Source: an uncultured bacterium | Lineage (GTDB): Bacteria > Chlamydiota > Chlamydiia > Chlamydiales > SM23-39 | Direction: 5' to 3' | Assembly: GCA_963716985.1 (NCBI GenBank) | Contig: OY970323.1 | Span: forward strand, 1,472,001 to 1,536,000 | Length of the DNA: 64,000 nucleotides | In this document: in pieces, positions 53,730-64,000 of the stretch | Position numbering within the stretch: the first letter of the stretch is position 1 | Layout: the number at the start of each line of letters is the position of its first letter | Position numbers and translations under genes: made by a program | Notes under the pieces: model-generated | Told to the model about the DNA's origin: nothing | The model's database searches: none | Seen by the model: the letters and a program-made list of their open reading frames with translations, nothing else

Positions 53730-55124
53730 CCCATATCCTAGTTCTCGTGCTCGTTTCTGCAATGACAATAGCTGTCTTTCTTTATATGCCTGTTCGTATG
53801 CAGCTTGTCCAACTTCTGTAAAATTTTTGCGCTCTTTCAGCATCGTATACAGAATTTTTGCAAGTTTATGTGCTGCCGCTGTGATCGCTTTTGGAGCACC
53901 GAGTCTTGCTCGCATCCTACGAAAATAGGCGCCAAGGGCTGTTTTGGAGCGGTAAAGGGCATTGGCTGCTAAGCGTAATGCTTGTGCTGCCCTGTTGGCA
54001 GTTGGCTTGGTCTTGCCGCTCAAAATCTTGCCACCGGAAATCTTGTTGCCGGGACAAAGCCCAAGCCAAGAAGCGAAATGTTTCGCACTCGGCCATTTGG
54101 ACATATCCATGCCAATCTCTCCTAGAATTTTTATAATCCCATTCACGTCCAGTCCGGGAATGTCAGTCAAGTTGACGTGAAGAATTCTTTCGAGAGAACC
54201 TTCTGCTTCAAAGTGATATGGACTGAGGTTGTATTTCGTCTTTTTCTGTGTTCCTCGCCCATTTTTACTTGAATGTTCTGCAGGAGTCGATCTTGGAGCC
54301 GGCATATTTTTTTTCGGTTGCGCTTCTTCCCATTTCTTCAGTACTTGCTCTATAGCCTCTTCGCACTCCAAAGCCTGTTGATGGAAAAAATCATAAGCTG
54401 CAAGAGCGTGTTTCAGCGCCAGTAGATGTTCCTCTCGATAGTTGCCATCGAGAGCTTTTGCAATTTCTTTTTCATCTTTTTTGCATCGAGGATCTCGATA
54501 TTTTGCTAAGACTAAGGGAGATCGTTCTCCAGAGACAATCGCTCGTATAATATTCATGCCTGTAGCGCCCGTAATGTCACTCACTACGTGATTGAGTTGG
54601 AGATTCATTTGCACGAGGGCTTTGTGCATCAATTGCACCTGCTGAGAGGCCAATTCAAATAAACGGCTTCTCTGCCTCACATATCCGCGAAGTATGACTC
54701 CTTCATCATCGGGACGAAATGATCCTCTAAGTAATCCGTAGGCGTGTAATTGTTGGATCCATTGGCAATCTTTTACATCGGTTTTTCTACCCGGGACTGT
54801 TTTGAGGTAATATGCATTTACCAATATGACATCTATCCCTGCCTGAGCCAAGATATCGTAAACCGGAATCCAGTATACTCCGGTAGATTCCATTGCTACG
54901 CTCCGGATCTCATTCTGTTGGATCCAGGACAGCATGTTCTTGAGATCCTCTGTGAAGGTTAAATACTCGCGTATTTCTTGGTGCCCATCGGGAAAACCGA
55001 TACAAATGAATACAGAGCTGGCTCCAATGTCTATACCGGCAACACACGGATTTATGGGAGCCAATCTAAAATTAGATGCAGATGCAGGTTGAGTTTTTGG
55101 ATATTTTTTGGTATTTTTTTTCAT
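53697..55124 (-). CDS. IS110 family DEDD recombinase (transposase)
   Basis: AGIDIG, MESTGVYW, GRKTDVKD, SWLGLCPGNKISGGK, AAAHKLAK; ATG 55124 with RBS AGAGG. Confidence 0.95.
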   Translation of the reverse strand: MKKNTKKYPKTQPASASNFRLAPINPCVAGIDIGASSVFICIGFPDGHQEIREYLTFTEDLKNMLSWIQQNEIRSVAMESTGVYWIPVYDILAQAGIDVILVNAYYLKTVPGRKTDVKDCQWIQQLHAYGLLRGSFRPDDEGVILRGYVRQRSRLFELASQQVQLMHKALVQMNLQLNHVVSDITGATGMNIIRAIVSGERSPLVLAKYRDPRCKKDEKEIAKALDGNYREEHLLALKHALAAYDFFHQQALECEEAIEQVLKKWEEAQPKKNMPAPRSTPAEHSSKNGRGTQKKTKYNLSPYHFEAEGSLERILHVNLTDIPGLDVNGIIKILGEIGMDMSKWPSAKHFASWLGLCPGNKISGGKILSGKTKPTANRAAQALRLAANALYRSKTALGAYFRRMRARLGAPKAITAAAHKLAKILYTMLKERKNFTEVGQAAYEQAYKERQLLSLQKRARELGYGLVLCHPLILG

Positions 55125-55464
55125 GACAAACCTCTTTAGTTGATGTTGTTTCAAATAATCGCGTCGATCATTCTACAGAGGTTTGTCATTTTTTGGGGGT
55201 TTTACCGTATTCTTGTGACCTCACTTATTTTTAGATGTTGCCAGAGACACAGTCCCGGTGAGGAGCTCATAAAGTTGAGGTAAATCCCAATTTTTGGGCT
55301 TTAAGCAACGGTTTATCCATAGAGGACGGAAGCGTTCAAAAAAAGTTTACGCCTCAACTTTATGAGCAGTTGCACTTTTTAGGTATTTTACTCTAAAGTG
55401 AAAAAAAAACAAGGCAGAAAAAAAGAACTCGAACATTTTGATCACTCAATTTGAACGGAGTCAA

Positions 55465-55835
55465 TCAGATCCGGTTTGTGGAATAAATAGCTCCTGGATT
55501 CTCAATAAATTTAGAAACCATTGTAAACTCCCCTTCTCCCTCCTGGGTTAAAGTAACGACCACTTTCTTTGGATAAGAAATAGCTGAAATATGAGTGCCT
55601 CCACAGGGGATTATTGCTTTTCTTCCATCGGGAAATGCGCAATGCCATTCCCTTTTTTCGTGCATATATGCCGTATCAGGAACTACAGATATTTTTATTC
55701 CCTTAGGATGAGCACACCAGTCTAGAAGCTGTTGATTGATATTTGCTTCAACTTGCTTGAATTCAGATTCGCTAAAAAATGCAATACCGTCAAATCCCTC
55801 CTTCCTAAGAGATTTTCCGCATCGATAACGATAGA
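55465..55835 (-). pseudogene. C-terminal fragment of an alanyl-tRNA-editing-like metal-dependent hydrolase
   Basis: YRCGKSLRKEGFD...INQQLLDW...REWHC...IPCGGTH; in-frame stop just upstream, N-terminus absent. Confidence 0.6.
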
Positions 55836-55904
55836 ATACCCATGTTGCATAACCTTAAAAACTTCGCAGCCGCGAGCTTTTCAGTCTTTTTAAAAAGTCT
55901 GTTT

Positions 55905-56927
<1,023 letters not shown>

Positions 56928-57102
56928 TCAAAAGACGTTAATGCTAAAAAAATAATATAAAAAAGAGATAAAAACAAGGAGAAGATGGGCAAAGAAAAAT
57001 GGATAAAAAAACTTTGATCTTTTCTTTTTGCCTGCGGCATTAAAATCCTTGATAACTTTCTTGTCTTATGCGAGAAATAGAGCCAAAATCCATTTTTTTT
57101 TC

Positions 57103-59925
57103 ATGGAAAAAGAAACGATTTCTATAGGCTCTTGGACGCTCGGCCCCTACCTGCTGATCAAAACGCTTGGCAAAGGAGGAATGGGAGAGGTCTTTTTAGC
57201 CTTCGACCCGATCTGCAAACGATCGGTTGCCATCAAAAAAATTCGAGATGAGCTTCTGGACAAGCCCAACATCCACGAGCGGTTTTTAAGAGAGGCCAGG
57301 ATCGCGGGCCGGCTAACGCACCCTTCCATCATCCCCATTTTTTCCATCTATTCGGATCCTTCAATGAGCTATTATACAATGCCCCATGTCGAAGGAAAAA
57401 CGCTCAAGGAGCTATTACAAAAATGCAAACAAAAAACAAATAGCAGAGAGCCTCTTTCTCAGGAGGAGTCTCTTCCGGCCCTTGTAAACATTTTTCTTAA
57501 GATCTGCCAGGCCATTGGATATAGCCACTCGAAGGGCATATTGCATCGCGACTTAAAACCCGATAATGTCATCGTCGGAAAATTTGGAGAAGTTCTTCTT
57601 TTTGACTGGGGAATTGCCAAGTCGGTCGACGACAAGGAAAAAGAAGAGCATTGCGAAGATTTTTCCCATACAGAGCCCCTCACAAAACCCGGGAAAATCG
57701 CAGGAACCATCACCTATTTGGCTCCCGAACAGGCTTTTGGACATCCCTCCTCTTATCAAACCGATATCTATGCTCTGGGAGTCATGCTCTATCAGCTATT
57801 AACGCTCAGCTCTCCCTTTCGGAGGACAACCGTTGCCGACCTTCGAAAAAACGCACACAAGGAAAAACTCATCCCTCCCAAAGAGAGAGCTCCCGCTCGA
57901 GAAATCCCTCAGCAACTATCCGAAATTGCCCTCCGATGCCTCGCTTTTCGCAAAGAGAGCCGCTATCAAAAAGTCGAAGATCTCATGATGGATCTGAAAA
58001 AATACATTGAGGGGCAATCCTCTTGGGTCCTCATGACGCATCTGGAGGTCGCAAATGAAAAAGATTGGGGTGTTCATGAAAATATCTTGCTCGCCAAACA
58101 TATTGCACTCACCCGATCCACCGAAATTGCCGAATGGGCCAGTCTGATGGTTTCAAAGGCCTCCTTTACGCCCAACATCAAAATCGAGGCGGAAATCGAA
58201 ATCCAAGAGGAGAGCGAGGGAATCGGTTTTCTGTTAGGGATACCGGAAGAAGGACAAAGAAGAAGCCTGGAAGAGGGCTATTGCCTCTGGTGCGGACCTG
58301 AAAAAAACAAACACTCTTTTCTCTTGCGCTCACAGGTGCTCGTGAAAGAAATTCCGGAACTTTGTCTCTATCCAAAGGCAAAACATCTCGTTTCTATTGA
58401 GCGCATGGACAATCAGATCCAGATTTTCTTCGATGGCGCTTTGATCTCTTCTTACGCAAGCCTTCTTCCCTTAACGGGAACACACGTGGGCCTCTTATGC
58501 AAAGATACGGACTTCCTCCTCCATTCTTTGAAAATTTATTCTGCAAGCGGACCGCTCAAAGTGCATTGCTTGGCCATACCGGACGCCTTTTTCGTGAAAG
58601 GACATTTCGACATCGCCTGCAGCGAATATCGGCGCATTTCCCTCTCTTTTTCCGGACGGGCCGAAGCAAAAGACGCCACCTTTCGCGCAGGTCTTTGCCT
58701 TTTAGAGAGGGCAAAGCGCGCAAAAAGCAAAAGAAAACGCTCCTTTTTTTTCTCTCAAGCTCTCGATGAATTCGAGCATCTGCACGAAACCGCCGAAGCG
58801 CCTCTCAAATATTTAGGAGACTCCATGGTTTACGCCGCCATGAAGGATACGGACGAAGAGGCAAAATGTTTAGAGTTGGCCATTCGGAGATTCGAGAAGC
58901 ATCCTCGCCTGGCGCTTCTTCAAGAACATCTCGCTTTTCGCTGCCATGAAAGCTCCCTTCAAGAAAGAAAAGCTGCCTATCGTTTGATCCTCATCGGCTT
59001 GCAGAACATCCCCCATTTTGCCGAATCCAGAGAAACGAAAAAACTTCTGCAAAGTTTGCAAAACCACTGGGAGGAGCTCTCCTTTTTTGATCCGCTCTCT
59101 TCCACAGAACTCTTTCAAAAAGAATCCTTGATCGTTCGCCTCTCTTTCCGCCTTGCGAAAAAAGAAACGCTCCTCGAACTCATCGAATCGCTGATGCTTT
59201 TTCAAGAAAAATCCTCCCTTTTAGAAGATGCTCTGTTTGGACTTGTCGAGCTTAAGGTTGTAAAAGAGGTGCACAACCTCATTCCCACTCTTTTCTCTCT
59301 TTTCCCAAAACATGACTGGTCCTACCTCTCCAAAATCGTCACATTCCACCTCTCCCCTCAAAGTTTCTCCCCGATCTCTCTGTTTACCAATAACTGGACG
59401 GAAAAAAAAGAGGCCAGACGGGCCTGCATTCATGTCATCGAGGAGCTCTTGATCCGCCAAAACGCAGATTCTTTATCCTTTTTGCTCCCCGCTCTATCTT
59501 CCTCAAATCTTTCCAAGCAAGATCATCCTCTCTTTGACTCCTTTCGCTTGATGTATCTTTTTCTTCAAAAGGATTGGGAAAGCGCGCGAGAAATTTTCCG
59601 CTCTTATCCGACAGAACTACTGAGCGAAGAGAGCTCCCCGTTGCATTTCCTCTATGGCATCTGGCTCTATCGCATCGAAGGGCCAAAGAGCGCCGAGGCG
59701 CACTTTTCCGCAGTGATGGACACTCCCTATCCGAGATCCTCCTCGCTCTTAAGCCATTTTCTTTTGAAAAAAATTTCCTTGAATACCTGGGGCAAAGAGG
59801 CGTTTTTCTGGGAAAAAAGAAAGCTCTTTTGCCAGCTTGCCCTCTTTTATCGATGCATCGAAGATACAAAGAAAGCGCTCCGCTTTCAAAAGCTCTCCCT
59901 CCAGCTTCCGAAAACCACCTTTTGA
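57103..59925 (+). CDS. pknD: Ser/Thr protein kinase PknD
   Basis: GKGGMGEV, VAIKK, HRDLKPDN, DWG, APE; adjacent to valS as in Chlamydia. Confidence 0.9.
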   Translation: MEKETISIGSWTLGPYLLIKTLGKGGMGEVFLAFDPICKRSVAIKKIRDELLDKPNIHERFLREARIAGRLTHPSIIPIFSIYSDPSMSYYTMPHVEGKTLKELLQKCKQKTNSREPLSQEESLPALVNIFLKICQAIGYSHSKGILHRDLKPDNVIVGKFGEVLLFDWGIAKSVDDKEKEEHCEDFSHTEPLTKPGKIAGTITYLAPEQAFGHPSSYQTDIYALGVMLYQLLTLSSPFRRTTVADLRKNAHKEKLIPPKERAPAREIPQQLSEIALRCLAFRKESRYQKVEDLMMDLKKYIEGQSSWVLMTHLEVANEKDWGVHENILLAKHIALTRSTEIAEWASLMVSKASFTPNIKIEAEIEIQEESEGIGFLLGIPEEGQRRSLEEGYCLWCGPEKNKHSFLLRSQVLVKEIPELCLYPKAKHLVSIERMDNQIQIFFDGALISSYASLLPLTGTHVGLLCKDTDFLLHSLKIYSASGPLKVHCLAIPDAFFVKGHFDIACSEYRRISLSFSGRAEAKDATFRAGLCLLERAKRAKSKRKRSFFFSQALDEFEHLHETAEAPLKYLGDSMVYAAMKDTDEEAKCLELAIRRFEKHPRLALLQEHLAFRCHESSLQERKAAYRLILIGLQNIPHFAESRETKKLLQSLQNHWEELSFFDPLSSTELFQKESLIVRLSFRLAKKETLLELIESLMLFQEKSSLLEDALFGLVELKVVKEVHNLIPTLFSLFPKHDWSYLSKIVTFHLSPQSFSPISLFTNNWTEKKEARRACIHVIEELLIRQNADSLSFLLPALSSSNLSKQDHPLFDSFRLMYLFLQKDWESAREIFRSYPTELLSEESSPLHFLYGIWLYRIEGPKSAEAHFSAVMDTPYPRSSSLLSHFLLKKISLNTWGKEAFFWEKRKLFCQLALFYRCIEDTKKALRFQKLSLQLPKTTF

Positions 59926-59982
59926 CTTCCGCTGCTTTTTTTGCTATTTTTATAAGCGCTCTTTTTTAAAGAAAAAAAAACA

Positions 59983-62838
59983 ATGAAAGAACAAACGAAA
60001 GCCTATATTCCTAAAGAAGTAGAAGAGAAGTGGTACTCTTTTTGGAAAAAAAGTGGATTTTTTCATGCCGATGAAAACTCTTCGAAAAAGAGTTTTTCCA
60101 TCGTTATGCCGCCTCCGAACGTCACCGGCGTTCTCCATATGGGCCATGCATTGGACGATACCATTCAAGACATGCTCATCCGCTATAAAAGAATGAAGGG
60201 GGTTGAAACGCTTTGGATTCCGGGAACCGACCATGCGGGAATCTCCACGCAAACCGTTGTGGAAAAACATCTGTATGCAACGCAAGGCAAAAAACGCAGG
60301 GATTTTTCTCGAGAAGAGTTCCTCTCCCTTATCTGGAAATGGAAAGAAGAAAAACAGGGGCAGATCCTCTCTCAAATTCAAAAATTGGGGGCTTCCTGCG
60401 ACTGGGATCGTCTTCGCTTCACGATGGATGAAAAAAGCAATAAAGCCGTTCGCACAATCTTCAAAAAACTCTTTGACGATGGGTTGATTTATCGCGGCGA
60501 TTATCTCGTCAACTGGGACCCCGTCACTCAGACCGCCCTTTCCGATGATGAGGTAGAGCATGAAGAAAGAGAGTCGCATCTCTGGTATTTCCGCTACCCT
60601 CTCGCAAGCCAAAAAGAAACGATTGTCGTCGCCACGACACGGCCAGAAACCATGCTGGGCGACACGGCCGTCGCCGTCTCTCCCAAAGACCCGCGATACG
60701 CCTCTTTCATCGGCAAGGAAATCCTCCTTCCTCTTACGCAAAGGACCATTCCGATCATCGCCGATCCTGCGGTTGATCCGGAGTTTGGCTCCGGCGCCGT
60801 TAAAATCACTCCGGCCCATGATTTCAATGATTATGAAATGGGAATGCGCCACCATCTTCCCTTGATCAACGTCATGACTCCCGACGGCCGTATTAATGAA
60901 AACGGAAAAGAGTTTTCCGGCCTCACCCTTAGCGCAGCAAGAGTTGCTGTGGTCCAAAAAATGAAGGAGCTGCATCTTCTTGAAAAAATAGAGCCCTATA
61001 AGCTGCGCGTTGGCGTCTCCTATCGGTCCAAAGCAGTGATTGAGCCCTATCTTTCGAAACAATGGTTTGTCAAAATGACGGCTTTTAAGCAGACTCTGAT
61101 CGATGCCGTCAAAAAGAAGGAGGTCACTCTCATTCCTTCCTATTGGGAAGAGACCTATTTTTATTGGATTGAAAACATCCGCGACTGGTGCATCTCTCGG
61201 CAGATCTGGTGGGGCCATCGCATTCCCATCTGGTATTCCAAAAAAGATCCTACAAAAATGATCTGCTATGATGGCGATGACCTTCCCAAAGAGGTAAAAA
61301 AAGATCCCTCCGGCTGGTCCCAAGAGGAAGATGTTCTGGACACCTGGTTTTCTTCCGCTCTTTGGCCCTTTAGCACTCTCGGCTGGCCCGACAAGACAAA
61401 AGAGATCAAACGATTTTATCCCACCTCGGTTCTCGTGACCGGGCATGACATTCTCTTTTTTTGGGTCGCCCGCATGATTTTAATGGGAGAATACGCGTTA
61501 AAAAAGGTTCCCTTCCACAAGGTTTTCATCCATGGGCTCATCTATGGAAAATCCTATTGGCGGCAAGATCCGGACGGCTCCGTCACCTATCTCAAATCCG
61601 AAGAAAAAAAACGTTATGATCAGGGAGAAACGCTCCCCTCCGATGTCTCTTATCGCTGGGAAAAAATGTCCAAATCGAAGGGCAATGTCATCGATCCGAT
61701 CGAAGTCATTCAAGATTATGGGACCGATGCCATGCGTCTTGCGCTTGCGCGCAGTCTGACCCATTCCAGGCAAATCGATCTCGATTACAGGCGTTTTGAG
61801 GAGCACAAAAATTTTGCCAATAAAATTTGGAATGGCGCCAAGTTCGTTCTCATGAACCTCACGTCCTCCGAAAATCCCTCTCTGCCTCCCCTATCCAAAG
61901 AAGCCTTTGCCGAAGGACTCGATCCCTCTCTTTTTACTCTTGACGATCGCTGGATTCTCTCGCTTTTAAGCCGCATGATCCAAGAGATGAATCAATGTTT
62001 TGACGACTTTACCTTCGACCGTGCAACGCAGCTCGTTTACGATTTTTTCTGGAATGATTTCTGCTCCCATTATCTAGAGCTCGTAAAGCCCTTTCTTTTT
62101 GGCAAAATAGGATCTGCAGATGTACGCAAAAACAAGCAAAAGCTAACGCTTATTCTTCTATCCGATTATCTTCGCTCTCTTCATCCCATTGCCCCCTTCA
62201 TTACGGAAGAGATTTTCTCTCTCATCAAAGAACATTTTTCCGCCGCTGTCGTTCATTCCAATGCCGACAAGCGTACGAAAAACACCATCCTTGCGCTCAA
62301 CGCTCCATCGCTTATGATGGCGTCCTATCCCCGGATACTATCTAAAAAAGAAATCAATCCAAAGGCCGAAGAGTCATTTACTTTTCTCTTAAAAATTGTG
62401 TACGCCATTCGCAATATTCGCGCCGAGATGCAGATTCCCCTTGGAGACCGAAGCGACATCCTTCTTTTTGGCAAGACCAAAGATCCCGGTTTTGCCCTCA
62501 TAGAAAAAGAGGAGCACCTCATTGCAGCTCTTGTCAAGATCAACAAGATACAGTTCACGCACGATTCGAGTGCCATTCCGGAAAATGGAGCCATTGCCCT
62601 CATCGATGAACTGAAAATCTATCTGCCCCTTTCGCAAGATCTTCTGAAAAAAGAAAAAGAGCGTCTTCTCAAAGAAAGAGAAAAGGTGCAAAAAGCGCTC
62701 ACCGCTTCCTCTCAGAAATTAAGCTCCAAAGATTTTGTCGACAGGGCTCCTGCCGCCATTGTTCAGAAAGAAAAAGAGCAGTTCAAACTCCTCGAGGAAA
62801 AATACAACGAAATCCAAAAGAAGCTCTCTTCTTTCTAA
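59983..62838 (+). CDS. valS: Valyl-tRNA synthetase
   Basis: PPPNVTGVLHMGH, DWCISRQIWWGH, KMSKS. Confidence 0.98.
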   Translation: MKEQTKAYIPKEVEEKWYSFWKKSGFFHADENSSKKSFSIVMPPPNVTGVLHMGHALDDTIQDMLIRYKRMKGVETLWIPGTDHAGISTQTVVEKHLYATQGKKRRDFSREEFLSLIWKWKEEKQGQILSQIQKLGASCDWDRLRFTMDEKSNKAVRTIFKKLFDDGLIYRGDYLVNWDPVTQTALSDDEVEHEERESHLWYFRYPLASQKETIVVATTRPETMLGDTAVAVSPKDPRYASFIGKEILLPLTQRTIPIIADPAVDPEFGSGAVKITPAHDFNDYEMGMRHHLPLINVMTPDGRINENGKEFSGLTLSAARVAVVQKMKELHLLEKIEPYKLRVGVSYRSKAVIEPYLSKQWFVKMTAFKQTLIDAVKKKEVTLIPSYWEETYFYWIENIRDWCISRQIWWGHRIPIWYSKKDPTKMICYDGDDLPKEVKKDPSGWSQEEDVLDTWFSSALWPFSTLGWPDKTKEIKRFYPTSVLVTGHDILFFWVARMILMGEYALKKVPFHKVFIHGLIYGKSYWRQDPDGSVTYLKSEEKKRYDQGETLPSDVSYRWEKMSKSKGNVIDPIEVIQDYGTDAMRLALARSLTHSRQIDLDYRRFEEHKNFANKIWNGAKFVLMNLTSSENPSLPPLSKEAFAEGLDPSLFTLDDRWILSLLSRMIQEMNQCFDDFTFDRATQLVYDFFWNDFCSHYLELVKPFLFGKIGSADVRKNKQKLTLILLSDYLRSLHPIAPFITEEIFSLIKEHFSAAVVHSNADKRTKNTILALNAPSLMMASYPRILSKKEINPKAEESFTFLLKIVYAIRNIRAEMQIPLGDRSDILLFGKTKDPGFALIEKEEHLIAALVKINKIQFTHDSSAIPENGAIALIDELKIYLPLSQDLLKKEKERLLKEREKVQKALTASSQKLSSKDFVDRAPAAIVQKEKEQFKLLEEKYNEIQKKLSSF

Positions 62839-63060
62839 CCCAATCGAACAGGTTTTGGCCTAAAAATAGAAACGCCTTCTTCCGATGGAACTTCTTATCT
62901 CTGAGCAATCCCCAAAAGCTGCCGCGCCAAAAGTTTGCATCTCCCCTTCATATGATCATCGGAAAGATGCAATTTTCTATTGAGGGCCTCCATCTGAGAT
63001 CGAACAAGTTTCCTGGAGTTTGGACTAATTTCACTCGCTGATGCTCGTAAAATCAGCTCA

Positions 63061-63112
63061 AGCCGGGTAGCCCAAAGGAACTTCCCCTTTAGCCTCCCAC
63101 GGATTTGTGTAC
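63061..63112 (-). other. Group II intron 3'-end relic (part of domain V, domain VI)
   Basis: Minus strand GTACACAAATCCGTGGGAGGCTAAAGGGGAAGTTCCTTTGGGCTACCCGGCT. Confidence 0.55.
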
Positions 63113-63142
63113 AGGGAAACCGCTTCTTTTGCTAAAAGACCC

Positions 63143-63172
63143 TTGACATTTTGATATCAACAATGATATCAT
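63143..63172 (+). promoter_or_regulatory. hicAB promoter with two palindromic operators
   Basis: TTGACA-18 bp-TATCAT with extended TG; TGATATCA at 63152-63159 and 63164-63171. Confidence 0.7.
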
Positions 63173-63178
63173 ATGAAT

Positions 63179-63408
63179 ATGAGCAAGTGGCAAAAGCTGA
63201 TACAGAAGATCTTGGAGGGAAAAACACCTCCTACGAAGAAGCCGAAAGCGCCCTTTTTCAACTAGGATTTGAGTTACAAATTAGAGGCTCACATCACATA
63301 TTTCGAAAAAAGGGCTATGCCAAGAACGTGTCGATTAAACGCCGCAGCCAACTGTTGCCCTATCAGATGAGGGACTTAAAGGAGGTATTGAGGGATCATG
63401 AATACTAA
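63179..63408 (+). pseudogene. hicA: HicA toxin with a -1 frameshift near 63217-63224
   Basis: ATG 63179 gives MSKWQKLIQKILEG; the GSHHIF domain continues in the -1 frame. Confidence 0.75.
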
Positions 63409-63781
63409 GAAGAAGTTAGGTTATTATCTCAATCTTGATTGGACATATACCATTGAAACGGAAACGTCTAATGGACATCGATATTTCATTATTAGAGTGA
63501 ATGAACTTCCCGGCGTTTGCACTGATGCGGAAAGCGTCGAAAAAGGCATGCAACTTATCAAAGAAGCAATAGAGGGCGCTGTTGCATTATACCTTAAAAA
63601 TGGAGAACCTGTTCCGGAGCCCATCAAAAAAGCAGACTTCAGGGGAAACATCGCATATCGCACAACAAGCGAGCGTCATTATAGTGTTGCAAAAATGGCA
63701 AAGGAAATGCACAAATCCATAAGCAAAACAATCGATGAACTTGTTGATATTGGCTTAGAAAAAGGGCATTTTGTTTCTTAA
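63398..63781 (+). CDS. hicB: HicB antitoxin
   Basis: ELPGVCTDAES...EPVPEP and RHH-like tail FRGNIAYR. Confidence 0.88.
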   Translation: MNTKKKLGYYLNLDWTYTIETETSNGHRYFIIRVNELPGVCTDAESVEKGMQLIKEAIEGAVALYLKNGEPVPEPIKKADFRGNIAYRTTSERHYSVAKMAKEMHKSISKTIDELVDIGLEKGHFVS

Positions 63782-64000
63782 AATAGGCCTTTTTGAAGCA
63801 AAAAAACAATACCTGCCTTAAATTTGCCCTATAGAGGGCCCCCAGAGGCAGTTCTATAGCTTTAGACTATCTCTTGCCTGTCTATAGCTAAGATCCTCGA
63901 AGTTTTCGACATCTTTTTTCACCAAAAAACCCGCCACAACTGTGTTTATTCTATTTGCAAATGGTCCAATAGCTGAAAAAAGAATTCTGAAGACCAAATA

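Larger units (their letters stand above)
53363..55264 (-). mobile_element. IS110 family element
   Basis: Bounded by the GCT core (53360-53362 and 55265-55267); no TIRs; DEDD recombinase inside. Confidence 0.88.
53354..55373. mobile_element. 115-bp IS66-related MITE, split by IS110
   Basis: Rejoining 53354-53362 with 55268-55373 gives perfect 22-bp TIRs GCAACTGCTCATAAAGTTGAGG; ACTTTTT duplicated at 53347-53353 and 55374-55380. Confidence 0.85.

Noticed and set aside
59950..61446. 498-aa minus-strand ORF
   Set aside because: Antisense shadow of valS; no recognisable motifs.

Overview
64 kb of an environmental Chlamydiota chromosome (chlamydial 16S signature, double-length UvrA, pknD-valS, dacA-ybbR). 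Housekeeping content includes one rRNA operon, folC, murB, nusB, LPS genes, rsmE, pyk, uvrA, trpS and valS. Accessory content includes surface proteins, three Cys-His-Asp effector-like paralogs and a hicAB pair. Mobile DNA is dense: two identical single-ORF IS66 copies, a frameshifted IS66, an IS1202-type IS, several MITEs, and relics of TnpB, IscB and group II introns. Top observation: an IS110 (53363-55264) split one terminal repeat of an IS66-derived MITE at a GCT core. Its 3' non-coding end holds a ~176-nt structured region with one 8-nt match to the target and one to its own end, consistent with a bridge/seek RNA programmed against IS66 termini. Second: a protein-less IscB-type omegaRNA/HEARO element (19365-19717) sits exactly in the reconstructed dacA stop/ybbR start overlap, next to an ATGAA TAM candidate. 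All family calls come from motif recognition by eye; no searches or folding were run.
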